DNA of 39,045 nucleotides from Squatina squatina (Eukaryota): positions 1,196,633 through 1,235,677 of the forward strand of contig JARFOE010000121.1 of NCBI GenBank assembly GCA_031763465.1. Reading direction: 5' to 3'. Positions 1 to 9,669 of this stretch are shown here, piece by piece. Position 1 is the first letter of the stretch, and each line of letters begins with the position of its first letter. Position numbers and translations under genes: made by a program. The notes beneath the pieces are model-generated. The model did not search any database, had not been told where the DNA came from, and saw only the letters and a list, made by a program, of their open reading frames with translations.

Positions 1-349
1 TGCCATCATCAAAGTTTTATTTGAAGGCTCTCAGCCTCTCTCCAAAGCCTGGGCTTCAAGTTCATCCCTATATAAATTTTCTGGGATTCACATCTCTTCC
101 CTGATTGTCCTTTTACTATTACAGTAATCAAATTGAGAGCCAACCTGGGCTCTTGTCCATCCTTCCACTCAGTCAAGGAATAGTGGTAGCAAAAGAGAAA
201 TAACATAAGAACAAAAACAGTTATCTTTAAAAATGGTGGATGATTCAAAAGAACTTTCCTTTTACATCTTTATAACTTGTACCAGAGACTGTTGCATTGA
301 TTAAGCAAAGATTCTGACCATTCCATTTGTTTTGTTTGTATTGTTTCAG

Positions 350-508
350 TATAGAGATGTGTGATGAGCAGAATAACTTCACCATGTGCCCGCTCTGTGA
401 AAAGTCCTGTGACTACTGGTACCTCAGTACTGCTTGTGCCACAGCACGTGCCAGCCACTTGTTTGACAATCCTGCTACTGTCTTTTTCTCCATCTTTATG
501 GCTCTCTG
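350..508 (+). CDS. ANO2: Anoctamin (ANO2/TMEM16B-like) internal exon: Cys-rich first extracellular loop and start of TM2; cut off by N gap
   Basis: T-rich tract and TTTCAG acceptor (AG 348-349), then [52 protein letters not shown](W). This is the MCPLC...HLFDN..TVFFS.FMALW anoctamin motif. FTMC, KSCDYW and FSIFM are ANO2-type residues as I recall them. Confidence 0.93.
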
Positions 509-1099
509 NNNNNNNNNNNNNNNNNNNNNNNNNNNNNNNNNNNNNNNNNNNNNNNNNNNNNNNNNNNNNNNNNNNNNNNNNNNNNNNNNNNNNNNNNNNN
601 NNNNNNNNAGTTGAAGTTTTCAGTGATACACCTAATTCAGCAACAGTAACCTGAAGTCTGTAAATATAATCTCAATATCACCTGTAAAATCTAAACCTGT
701 TCCTTTTTAAAATAGGCCCCACATTAAATAATAGGGACATAACTATTTAGAAATGTAACAGACTGTGATTTTGAAGAGCGTGAATAGGCTGATACCCCGG
801 TAACCACAAAATTACAAACAGACAATGACAGTTGGACACATTTTCTCGCAAAAGATCTGGAGATCACATGGTTCCCACAGACCAATCACTTTTACTGAAG
901 AGGGTTGACAGCAGACATTTTTACTTTGTAATATAAATATTGAGCACAACATCATTTATTTGTGAATAAAGAGTTTTGCTTTCTGAAAAACGTTAGAAAT
1001 GAAAAGTACATCAAACCTTAACGAGGACCTACGCTATTTAGAGTCACTATCACTCGAAGAGAGATTTATGAATGCAGCTAACCCTAATCCTCTTTGCAG

Positions 1100-1301
1100 A
1101 TTGGCCTGACATTTTCTGCTGTCTTTGGAGTGATCATATATCGAATCTCCGTAGCAGCGGCCATGGTGATGAGTACAAACGAGAGCACAAAATCAAACAT
1201 CCGGGTCACGGTAACTGCAACAGCCGTCATCATTAACCTTCTGGCGATCCTCATCCTGGATGAGATCTACGGAGCTGTGGCCGAGTGGCTGACCAAAATA
1301 G
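1100..1301 (+). CDS. ANO2: Anoctamin (ANO2-like) internal exon, TM3-TM4
   Basis: TTTGCAG acceptor (AG 1098-1099) and G|GTAAG donor at 1302. Encodes [84 protein letters not shown] matches ANO2. Confidence 0.93.
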
Positions 1302-1554
1302 GTAAGCCTGTGCTGCAAGATCGTGGTAACCTTCCAGCAGAGAGCCAAAGAATCAATGCTATATTAGTGGAGCACCGCTCCCTGGTGGGAGAGTAGCTCT
1401 GGTGAACTTTGCCTTTAAATCAATGGTGAAAGTATTATGGATAATAGTTTCTAAAATCATAAAGAAAATTGTTGTCGAGGACTTTGTGAAGATTTTTGTG
1501 CTCAGCTGGGAGAAGAGATCAAGGGGGCCATAATTCTTAAAATTTATTTTGGGG

Positions 1555-1829
1555 ATCTAGGCATCATTGCCAAGGATTTATTTGCCCAGCTCTAGTTGCC
1601 CTGAGAAGGAGGTGCTAAGTCTTCTTCTTGAATCACTAGTTGCTGATTCATACAACTGTGTGGCTTGTGAGATTGTGTTGGCCACTTCAGAGGGCAGTTA
1701 AGAGTCAACCACATTAGTGTGGGGCTGGAGTCACGTATAGGCCAGTCTGGGTAAGGACAACAGATTTCCTTCCCTAAAGGACATTAGTGAACCAGTTTGG
1801 CTTTTACGATAAGCCAACAGCTTCATTGT
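1555..1829 (-). mobile_element. tRNA-SINE, 3' part, same family as 6433-6872
   Basis: Reverse complement aligns by eye with 6590-6850 (GTCCTTTAGGGAAGGAAA, GTGACTCC, TGTGGTTG, TTCTCAGGGCAACTAG). Confidence 0.75.
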
Positions 1830-2194
1830 NNNNNNNNNNNNNNNNNNNNNNNNNNNNNNNNNNNNNNNNNNNNNNNNNNNNNNNNNNNNNNNNNNNNNNN
1901 NNNNNNNNNNNNNNNNNNNNNNNNNNNNNCATCAGCTTGCACAGCTTGGGAGTAAGAGCACATGTGGGACATATATGAGCTTGTTGAGTGCCACTTGTGG
2001 TTTTCACCCTGTGACTTCATTGTTTACAGCTGCAGAGTCCGACCACGTTTGGTGTTTTTTAAGAAGCATTTTTCTGAAATCTGAGGATGTAGAAGGTTTT
2101 CTTTTTCACTACATATCATATTAAAACTCAGCTGAGCTAATTGACAATATCTTTGCCTCCTACCATTCCTCCTCACCCTGGCACATCACCATAG

Positions 2195-2300
2195 ATACAA
2201 GGACTACAGAGAACCACCATGGTCTGATCATGCCTATGACTACTCCAAGCAGTATTGGGCTATTTTGGCTGCACGCTTGACATTTGTTATCATCTTCCAG
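2195..2300 (+). CDS. ANO2: Anoctamin (ANO2-like) late exon, loop 9-10 and TM10 (absent from ORF track)
   Basis: CATAG acceptor (AG 2193-2194) and CAG|GTAAGT donor at 2301. Manual translation gives (R)[35 protein letters not shown], the YKDYREPPW / ARL.FVI.FQ signature. SKQYW is ANO2-type. Confidence 0.92.
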
Positions 2301-2356
2301 GTAAGTGATGGGCAATGGGAATTAATAGTTCAAATTGGTAAGAAGTGCAATATCTA

Positions 2357-2381
2357 CAAATAAATAAATAAATAAATAAAA
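2357..2381 (+). repeat. (TAAA)n microsatellite
   Basis: caaataaataaataaataaataaa read directly, just inside the intron. Confidence 0.9.
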
Positions 2382-2745
2382 TGGAATTGAAATTAAAATG
2401 TACTTAGACATATCAGAGCATAGATCAAAAATACTGGCAAATTGGAAGTTAAAACACAAATCTGGTGAGTGATGGAAGATTCAGAAGTTGTAATGTTGAA
2501 ACGCAACAGCAGTGTAGCTACAGGGCAGATCATTCTGAAAACAAAAGAGAGTTGCATTGGATTACTGCAACATTAATCAGCGACATCAGCGCGTGATCAA
2601 TTGTATGCCATTGTAACAGAAGCACATTATTCCACTGCTGACAGCATGCTATAATAAGGAGACAAACACTGCATTTCTCCATGGTGTCCAGGACCCAATG
2701 TTTTAAGAGCAGAGTGTAAAGGTGCAGCTCTATCTTTCTGTAATA

Positions 2746-2919
2746 TAAACAAAAAATGCTGGAAAAACTCAGCAGGTCAGGCAGTATCTGTGGAAAGAAA
2801 AGCAGAGTTAACGTTTCGGGTCGATGACCCTTGGTCAGAACTGAAAAAAGCCAGAAATGCAGCAAGTTTTCAAGCACCTGCATAGGAAGCGAAAGTGGGG
2901 AGTGAGAGGAAAGAACAAA
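2746..2919 (-). mobile_element. Penelope-like retroelement terminal-repeat fragment
   Basis: AAAATGCTGGAAAAACTCAGCAGGTCAGGCAGTATCTGTGGA...GAGTTAACGTTTCGGGTCGATGACCC is the reverse complement of 37280-37370. I recall it as a common shark Penelope terminus. Confidence 0.7.
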
Positions 2920-3205
2920 NNNNNNNNNNNNNNNNNNNNNNNNNNNNNNNNNNNNNNNNNNNNNNNNNNNNNNNNNNNNNNNNNNNNNNNNNNNNNNNNN
3001 NNNNNNNNNNNNNNNNNNNATAGATTTACCAGTCTGAGAGCAGGGATTAGAAAGGATATGGTTATGACAACAGACTAAGAGTAGTTTTCATCTTCACAGT
3101 TTGGGTGGTAAATTGTCAGAGTGGATCACCTTCTCTTTGTAGAACCCGCCCGATCTGCTCTGACACTTTACCGCACAAATGGTGAAGGCTAGAATTCCCC
3201 CCTCG

Positions 3206-3726
3206 GACTATAGTTGCTGGAACAAAGTATGTTAAGAGGGTAATAGAGGTGTTCAAACGTAGAAGAGGGTTTAAGAAAGAAAATCATGAAAGATTATTTT
3301 TGCTGGTCAGTGAATCAGTAACAAGGGGGCAGAGACTGGGGATTAATACAGAAAGCAGAAAGAAAGATTGGATTATATTATTGCAAAGGGTTTATTACAG
3401 CATGGAATACAAGTGCCCATCAATCAATCACTAATGCAATCCCAGTCTCCCAGCAAAGAAGTTGGCCTTGAAGGGCTGAAATGGGGCTGAAATATTGTAA
3501 CCCCCGATTCTCTGACCCACACCTCCTGTGTGTGCAGCTTTCCAGTGGGAGTACCAGCCTGTGGAATTAATGCTTAGAAAGAAACGTGAAGAGGAAAAAT
3601 ATCAAATGGTATGGGGTAAGAATGGAGAATGGGGATGATAGGAGAGAGTTTGGATGTGGAAGTCACAATAGCATAGGCACGATGGGCTGAGTGGCTCCTT
3701 TCTGTGCTAAGATTTCTATGATTCTG
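3206..3726 (+). mobile_element. Decayed CR1 LINE 3' end (ORF2 C-terminus and tail), interrupted at about 3425-3557
   Basis: GL..LEQ..LRG.IEVFK-like remnant, and CR1-type tail GCACGATGGGCTGAGTGGCTCCTTTCTGTGCTAAGATTTCTATGATTCT. Confidence 0.75.
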
Positions 3727-4055
3727 CGGTTTTATGAAACTAATATGGGCCAGTGGAAGCACATCATAACTGAGAACGGACAACTTGATTGAAGGACCAA
3801 ACCTGCAGTCTTATCCTTCAGTCAGCCTGCCTGTCCTCAATTACAGCTCAATTACTCCGACTGCCCATTACTGCTGATTATCCCTGATGGTTATTTCGGG
3901 CTACAGTTGATTTCATAAAGAATGCAGGCAGCCATCTGATACCTTATTTGAAGGTNNNNNNNNNNNNNNNNNNNNNNNNNNNNNNNNNNNNNNNNNNNNN
4001 NNNNNNNNNNNNNNNNNNNNNNNNNNNNNNNNNNNNNNNNNNNNNNNNNNNNNNN

Positions 4056-4253
4056 GTGATCTTTTATGTCCACTTGAGAGAGCAGACGGGGCCTCAGTTT
4101 AATGTCTCATCTAAAAAATGCAGCACCTCCAACAGTGCAGCCGTCCTTCAGCACCACACTGGGGTGTCAGCCTAGATTTGTGCGCTCAAGTCCCATGGAG
4201 TGGGACTTGAACCCACAACTTTCTGTTAGAGGTGAGAGTGCTACCCACTGAGC
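4056..4253 (-). mobile_element. Deu-type tRNA-SINE (SacSINE1-like), 5' half
   Basis: Reverse complement aligns with 36915-37130, including tRNA-like A box (GCTCAGTGG) and B box (GGTTCAAGTCC). Confidence 0.85.
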
Positions 4254-4929
4254 AGAGCAGAGTGACAGGGCAGGAGTGACAGTGGAGCTGGTCAGGACTC
4301 CACCTTCTCAGTCAGGGATTATATGTGGACATTAATGGAGGAAACGAGGAGACAATAATAACCCCCCCCCAAAAAAAATAATCAGTGTAGAGAAGCAACA
4401 AAAATCCTTGATTACACTCAGTTACCTGATTTCGACACTTCCAACGCTGTGTTCCTCAGCAATCCAGATCACTGTGGCAACATTTGTTCATAATTTTGGC
4501 ATTAGCATTGATTAGAACAACCAGCATAAGGTACATGTAGCCCAAGGCTATCTCAAATAAGTTAATAGCAGGAGTCAGGACTTGGTACTGTTCTGTGTAG
4601 TGCACTTGAATGATGAAGTCTTAAGTGGTCGTGGCAGGAAATTTCCTTACTCAACAGGTTGGCTAATGCATTCATGGGTGATTGAATTGCAGATCAGGAT
4701 TCTGTGGTTGTCGTGTAGGAGTCCATTCTATGTTTTGTTCCTTACAGTCTGATCCAGGGCGCCAATGAAAGATTGGCCATGGACAGTAGGAAATGCAATA
4801 TCTATCTAAATTGAGATCACAGGTCAGGGCAGACAATGCACTTAAACTACTCTAAGCTACATGTAATCAGAGTTTTTTTAATTTGCTAAAGCGATGCAAT
4901 AAACATCTTACTCCTTGGATTAATATATT

Positions 4930-5627
4930 GGCCTGGAGTTTCCGTGGTTTGTTTCAGCGCAATTTTCCCGAAATCGGCCAAACCAGCACAAAAGATCAAG
5001 GAATTTCGAGCATAAATTACGTCCCGCGCGAAGCGAGTTTCCGCGATCTTTTACACTGGTTTAAAAAACATTGCGCTAGAAGCCGGCACCAGCCACAAAA
5101 CTGGCCACATCCCCAGACCAAATTAATCACCATGGTGAGCTTCCATTTATTGCGCCCATTTGTGGGCCTTCAAGGATGCTCTGAAACTTTTTATTAAGGC
5201 ACAAGGACATGAATAGGCACCTTTTCAAAGCTTTTTAAAAACATTTTTAAGAAACTGACTACTGTACACCAATGAATCTAGTAAATGGTTCTGTATAGTT
5301 TTTTGATAGTTATTTTCAGTTACTTAACATCAGATTAGTCACAGGTGGTGGACTCGATATTCTGATTAAAAATGCATATTTTTGGGGATAAGCCCATTTT
5401 CAGCTGTATTTATAAAACTGCGCCACGTTACCACTCTTAACTATTCAGGAATAGTTTTAATAAGCATTTTTTAACATTAAAAATTACTTTCTAAAATGTT
5501 CCTCTATTGCTTTAGTTCTTGGATGTTTGGCAATATGCAAATAAATATGAGCAAAAAATTCACTTTTCAAAAATACCGCAATTTGCGCCCAGATCGTCAA
5601 TTAGGCCCATAGTGGAAACTCTTGGCC
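4930..5627. mobile_element. Complete MITE, PIF/Harbinger type (698 bp)
   Basis: 14-bp TIRs GGCCTGGAGTTTCC (4930-4943) and GGAAACTCTTGGCC (5614-5627), 12/14 matched. Flanked by a 3-bp ATT duplication at 4927-4929 and 5628-5630. CpG-retaining ends and AT-rich core. Confidence 0.85.
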
Positions 5628-6239
5628 ATTGTTGCTGCAGGGCTCAGTACACTTATGGTGATTGTGTATTAATAAACTTCAGACACTGTTGTGAAAAGCT
5701 CTGGATAGCATCACTGAACTGATAGTGCGAAATGCCTCCATTGCATGAGCATGTTGCAGACTGTCAGAAATTATTCCAAATGTTATTCCAATACCATTTG
5801 CATTTCTTCAAGTTCCTTTTGTGTCTCCCTTTCCTTCTGTTCTCTTTGTTGCCTTCGTTTCATCTGAACGAAATAGAAAAAAAATCCAATTTGATTCTGA
5901 AGTAGGTCAGATGGCTCCTAACAAACATCAGTACTTAGAAGATGCTGGGTACCCTTTCCAGACGCTGTTGACCATCTAATTGTTCTGTTTGCTGGATGCT
6001 GGATATTATCTGAAGCTTCTTTTCATCCAGTGTCCTCAGAAATGCATTATCCTCCTCCTCCTCACACTCATCTTTCACTGTCTGATTGAAAAGGTACAAA
6101 TGAGACTAGAATCATACCAATCATTGTGAGAAATCCTGGTAAGAGCAGCTCAAGATTGCCAAATGAAAATAATTCTGAAAGAGAAAGATCAGAAGTCCCA
6201 AATTTATTTTTGAATTATTTGGAGATTTGATTCCTGAGC

Positions 6240-6432
6240 TTAGGCCTCTGGTGGTTGGGGTGTTCACAGTTAACCTCACTTTCTTCAGCCTGCAGAGGGG
6301 AAAATCAGCCAGGTTTGAAAAGGGCCAGTGTTAGGTAAGGACAGGCTTAGCTATGATATGCTTCCCAATGGTGAATGATTTTTCAATGCTTACTTTCTCG
6401 GATCACATGTAAAGAATAGCCGCCAAGAGAAT
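6240..6432 (+). mobile_element. AmnSINE2-like ancient SINE fragment (appears to resume at about 6875-6940)
   Basis: GAGGGGAAAATCAGCCAGG...AGGACAGGCTTAGCTATGAT...GATCACATGTAAAGAATAGCC resembles the copies at 33390-33625 and 35368-35760. Confidence 0.55.
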
Positions 6433-6872
6433 GGGCACGGTAGCATAGTGGTTATGTTACTGGACTAGTAATCCAGAGGCCTGGACTAATAATCTGGAGA
6501 CATGAGTTTAAATCCCACCATGGCAGCTGGGAGATATAAATTCAGTTAATTTATTAAAAAAAACATCTGGAATTAAAAAGCTAGTATCAGTAATGGTGAC
6601 CATGAAACTACTGGATTGTTGTAAACCCATCTGGTTTACAAATGTCCTTAAGGGAAGGAAACTACCTGGTCTGGCCTGTATGTGACTCCTGACCCATAGC
6701 AGTGTGGTTGGCACTGAAATGGCCTAGCAAGCCACTTAGTTCTGACAAAGTCAGCACTGAGAGAGTAATTTCACCACACAGACTGCCGCAGTTCAAAAAG
6801 GTGGCTTGCCACCACTTTCTCAAGGGCAACCAGGGATGGGGAATAAATGCCAGTAAATGAATAAAAATAAAG
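6433..6872 (+). mobile_element. Near full-length tRNA-derived SINE with LINE-derived 3' end
   Basis: A box TAGCATAGTGG at 6441 and B-box-like GAGTTTAAATCCC at about 6503. The 3' end reads QFKKVACHHFLKGN, like a LINE ORF2 terminus, then an A-rich tail. A second copy lies at 1555-1829. Confidence 0.8.
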
Positions 6873-9164
6873 AATAACATACTTAGCAACACCAGAGAAC
6901 CCCATCCTAGTGTGAGGTTGAACTTGAAGATAAGAAAATTGTTTGTCAATCCTCTTTCTCCTACATTTTTCCTATTTGTAGTTAAATAGAAACTTGTTTA
7001 ATGGGGAATCAGAGCCAGTGTTTTCCCAATGTCTCCCTCCTGTTTCTTAAGAACCTCTTCAAGTCTCAGCAAGGCTTGTTTTTTATCATCCAAGTACAGC
7101 AGTTGATGCTTCAATAAACAATCTTGACGGAGCAATTTAACAGATAAGGCACCGAACATTTTTTGGTTTGCTAATCATAGTGTTCATGTTTAGCACTGCT
7201 TTCAACATTCCTGATCCTCACAAAAGGAGTCAAAAAGGCTAACAAAACGTGACAACAAAGACCAATATAACTTGTTAAGATGTTGTTAAAAGACAACATT
7301 GAAGAACTTATGCAGAATTCCACAGCTGCATATTTATATTGAATATTTAATATTTAATATTTTACTCCAGGTAAAACCCAAAGTTAGCAAGCTTAATGAA
7401 GGAAAAATTTTCACAGTATCACCACGTGGTGAGAGAAGTGAACAACACAGGGATGCGTGGGTGTAGCGGCCATTCATGGATTTATCCCAGTAGAATAGGA
7501 GGAAGAGCAGAGGACAGTATAGGAGCACAAAATCCACAGGAGGTCCATGACCAATAACAGGTACTAATGGNNNNNNNNNNNNNNNNNNNNNNNNNNNNNN
7601 NNNNNNNNNNNNNNNNNNNNNNNNNNNNNNNNNNNNNNNNNNNNNNNNNNNNNNNNNNNNNNNNNNNNNNTTATATCATCCATGTCCCCTGGAGCATAGC
7701 ATAGTAATTTAATACGAAACCCATGTATAAAACAAAAACCTGTTCAAACGTATAAGAGAGTTTGTCCACATGGGTACTTGGAAAATACTCCCAACCTCCC
7801 TCAACTGGCGTCACAACAAGGGACCTTTTAATGAATACAGATGTTCTGTGCCATCTCCAGGCCACAAGCTGGGTCAGTGGTGAACCAAAATGATACCAAT
7901 ATATTATTGGGTAGCTTAATTTCCCAATTCATGCGGCCAGAATGGAATCATGTCTCCCGGAGTTAATTTGGTTTCTGCGAGTTCCATTTTCATGCGGGGT
8001 AGCTTCAGAATGCCAAGATTAACCATCTTTCAGCACGCACCATTCCGACTGTTGCATGGTGGAATCATTCACGGCCATCAAGCAGGGGATTCAGGTGGTC
8101 CACTATTTCATCAAATGTCCACATTCATCTCACTTTACCGATGGCATTTGCCAGTCATTCCTTTTGCCCCATGCAGTCTTTTGCAAGGCTGAAAATTATA
8201 TTTAAAATACTGTTTGCATATGTNNNNNNNNNNNNNNNNNNNNNNNNNNNNNNNNNNNNNNNNNNNNNNNNNNNNNNNNNNNNNNNNNNNNNNNNNNNNN
8301 NNNNNNNNNNNNNNNNNNNNNNNCACACACTGGCCAGTCTGAGTGGAATAGGGGTGACATTGCTGCTACCTATGAATCCTGAAGGACTTGAATATATTGA
8401 GTGAAAGGTCTGTGATATATAACTCCAAACCCAGTAAAGCAGAGACAATATGCCAGCACTGCCTCCCGTAATGTGATACTGTCACATGCTTCAGACTATA
8501 CGCAAGCAGTCCTTTCATGGAATGGTCACTTCTGAATTCCTACAGAACCTTCCCCTGTACTACTGACCCACCAACCAGCAGAAATTGTTTTTTATCCTCG
8601 TTACCTCATCAAATCAACCCAGTACAAAAATGTAATACTGTGAGAGAGCAACCTGAGAAACAATGAGGAAGATCATTAAACAGAAAGCACATTTACCGAA
8701 AGACAGATGGATTTACTATCATAGTAGGCCCCAGTTGCAAAATTTAGTAGGCCATCTGCCAAGGCTGAAAGGGCACGGGAACTTCAATAGTATTAAAATG
8801 ATCAGAGAACAACTATCATGTGGTTTCTAGCATCCAAGCTCAAACACTCGCAGATCCTGAAAATCCTTCACACACTCCACTCTTCACTTATATCTGCCAA
8901 ACAGTTGGAAAACTGCACTGTCTTCATATACTGCAATATTATATTCCACAAAAACCTTCAAAAAGCTTTGAACTAAAATGGAAAGTAAGGAGGATTAAAC
9001 TCAATGCAATAGTTCATCTGCGTGTGATGTTGTACCTAGCTCCACAAGGCATGCAGATGTTCTACTCAGCACCCAGCGCGTAATCAGGCACATCTGTTGT
9101 GTAGTACAACTGTCTAAATGTTTTATACTTAATTTAATATCCAACTGTTCAATGAAAATCTTTT

Positions 9165-9458
9165 GCCCAGTATGTGCTGAGTTAGCTGATCTCATCAGGA
9201 CAGCAGTCGGGGTCCTATTGTTGGCCTCAGGGAATGCTGGGCTGGTCACAGGATGAATCAACCACAGGTACCATTACTGATTGCCTTCCAATGGCTATTC
9301 ATGCAAATTGTGTGGGTTTTGAGTGATTTTTTTCCCTGGAATTTATGTGGGTGTTGGTAAGCACAAAATTAGGCTTGATGGCAATGCCTATTTCAGTCAA
9401 ATACCCCACTGACACTCACTGTCTAAGCATATACACACTTGGGTGGGTGAGGTACAGA
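9165..9458 (+). mobile_element. AmnSINE2-like ancient SINE
   Basis: TGTGCTGAGTTAGCTGATCTCA...GCAGTCGGGGTCCTATTGTTGGCCTCAG and CTGACACTCACTGTCTAAGC...GGGTGAGGTAC match the AmnSINE2 consensus as recalled, and the 35368-35760 copy. Confidence 0.65.
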
Positions 9459-9575
9459 GACACGGGGGAGGTGCCAGAGGATTGGAAAGTGGCAATTGTG
9501 ACACCCTTGTTTAAGAAAGCTGGTCAGTTTAATATCAGTGGTGGGTAAGGTTTTAGAAACAATAATCAGGGAAAA
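9459..9575 (+). mobile_element. CR1 LINE ORF2 fragment (region just upstream of the RT domain)
   Basis: DTGEVPEDWKVAIVTPLFKK, then after a deletion or frameshift VSLISVVGKVLETIIRE. Confidence 0.85.
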
Positions 9576-9669
9576 TGTCACATTGGCAGTGTTCCAATTC
9601 TCCGGTACTTCTACAGAATCTAAGGATTTTTGGAAGATTACATCCACTATCTCTGTAGCCACTTCTTTT
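9575..9669 (-). mobile_element. CR1 LINE ORF2 fragment, opposite orientation
   Basis: KEVATEIVDVIFQKSLDSVEVPENWNTANVT on the - strand. Confidence 0.85.

Noticed and set aside
678-693. Minus-strand TAGATTTTACAGGTGA resembling the start of NTF3 exon 2
   Set aside because: Not followed by NKVMSILFY-like codons, lies within an ANO2 intron, and adjoins a dispersed repeat.
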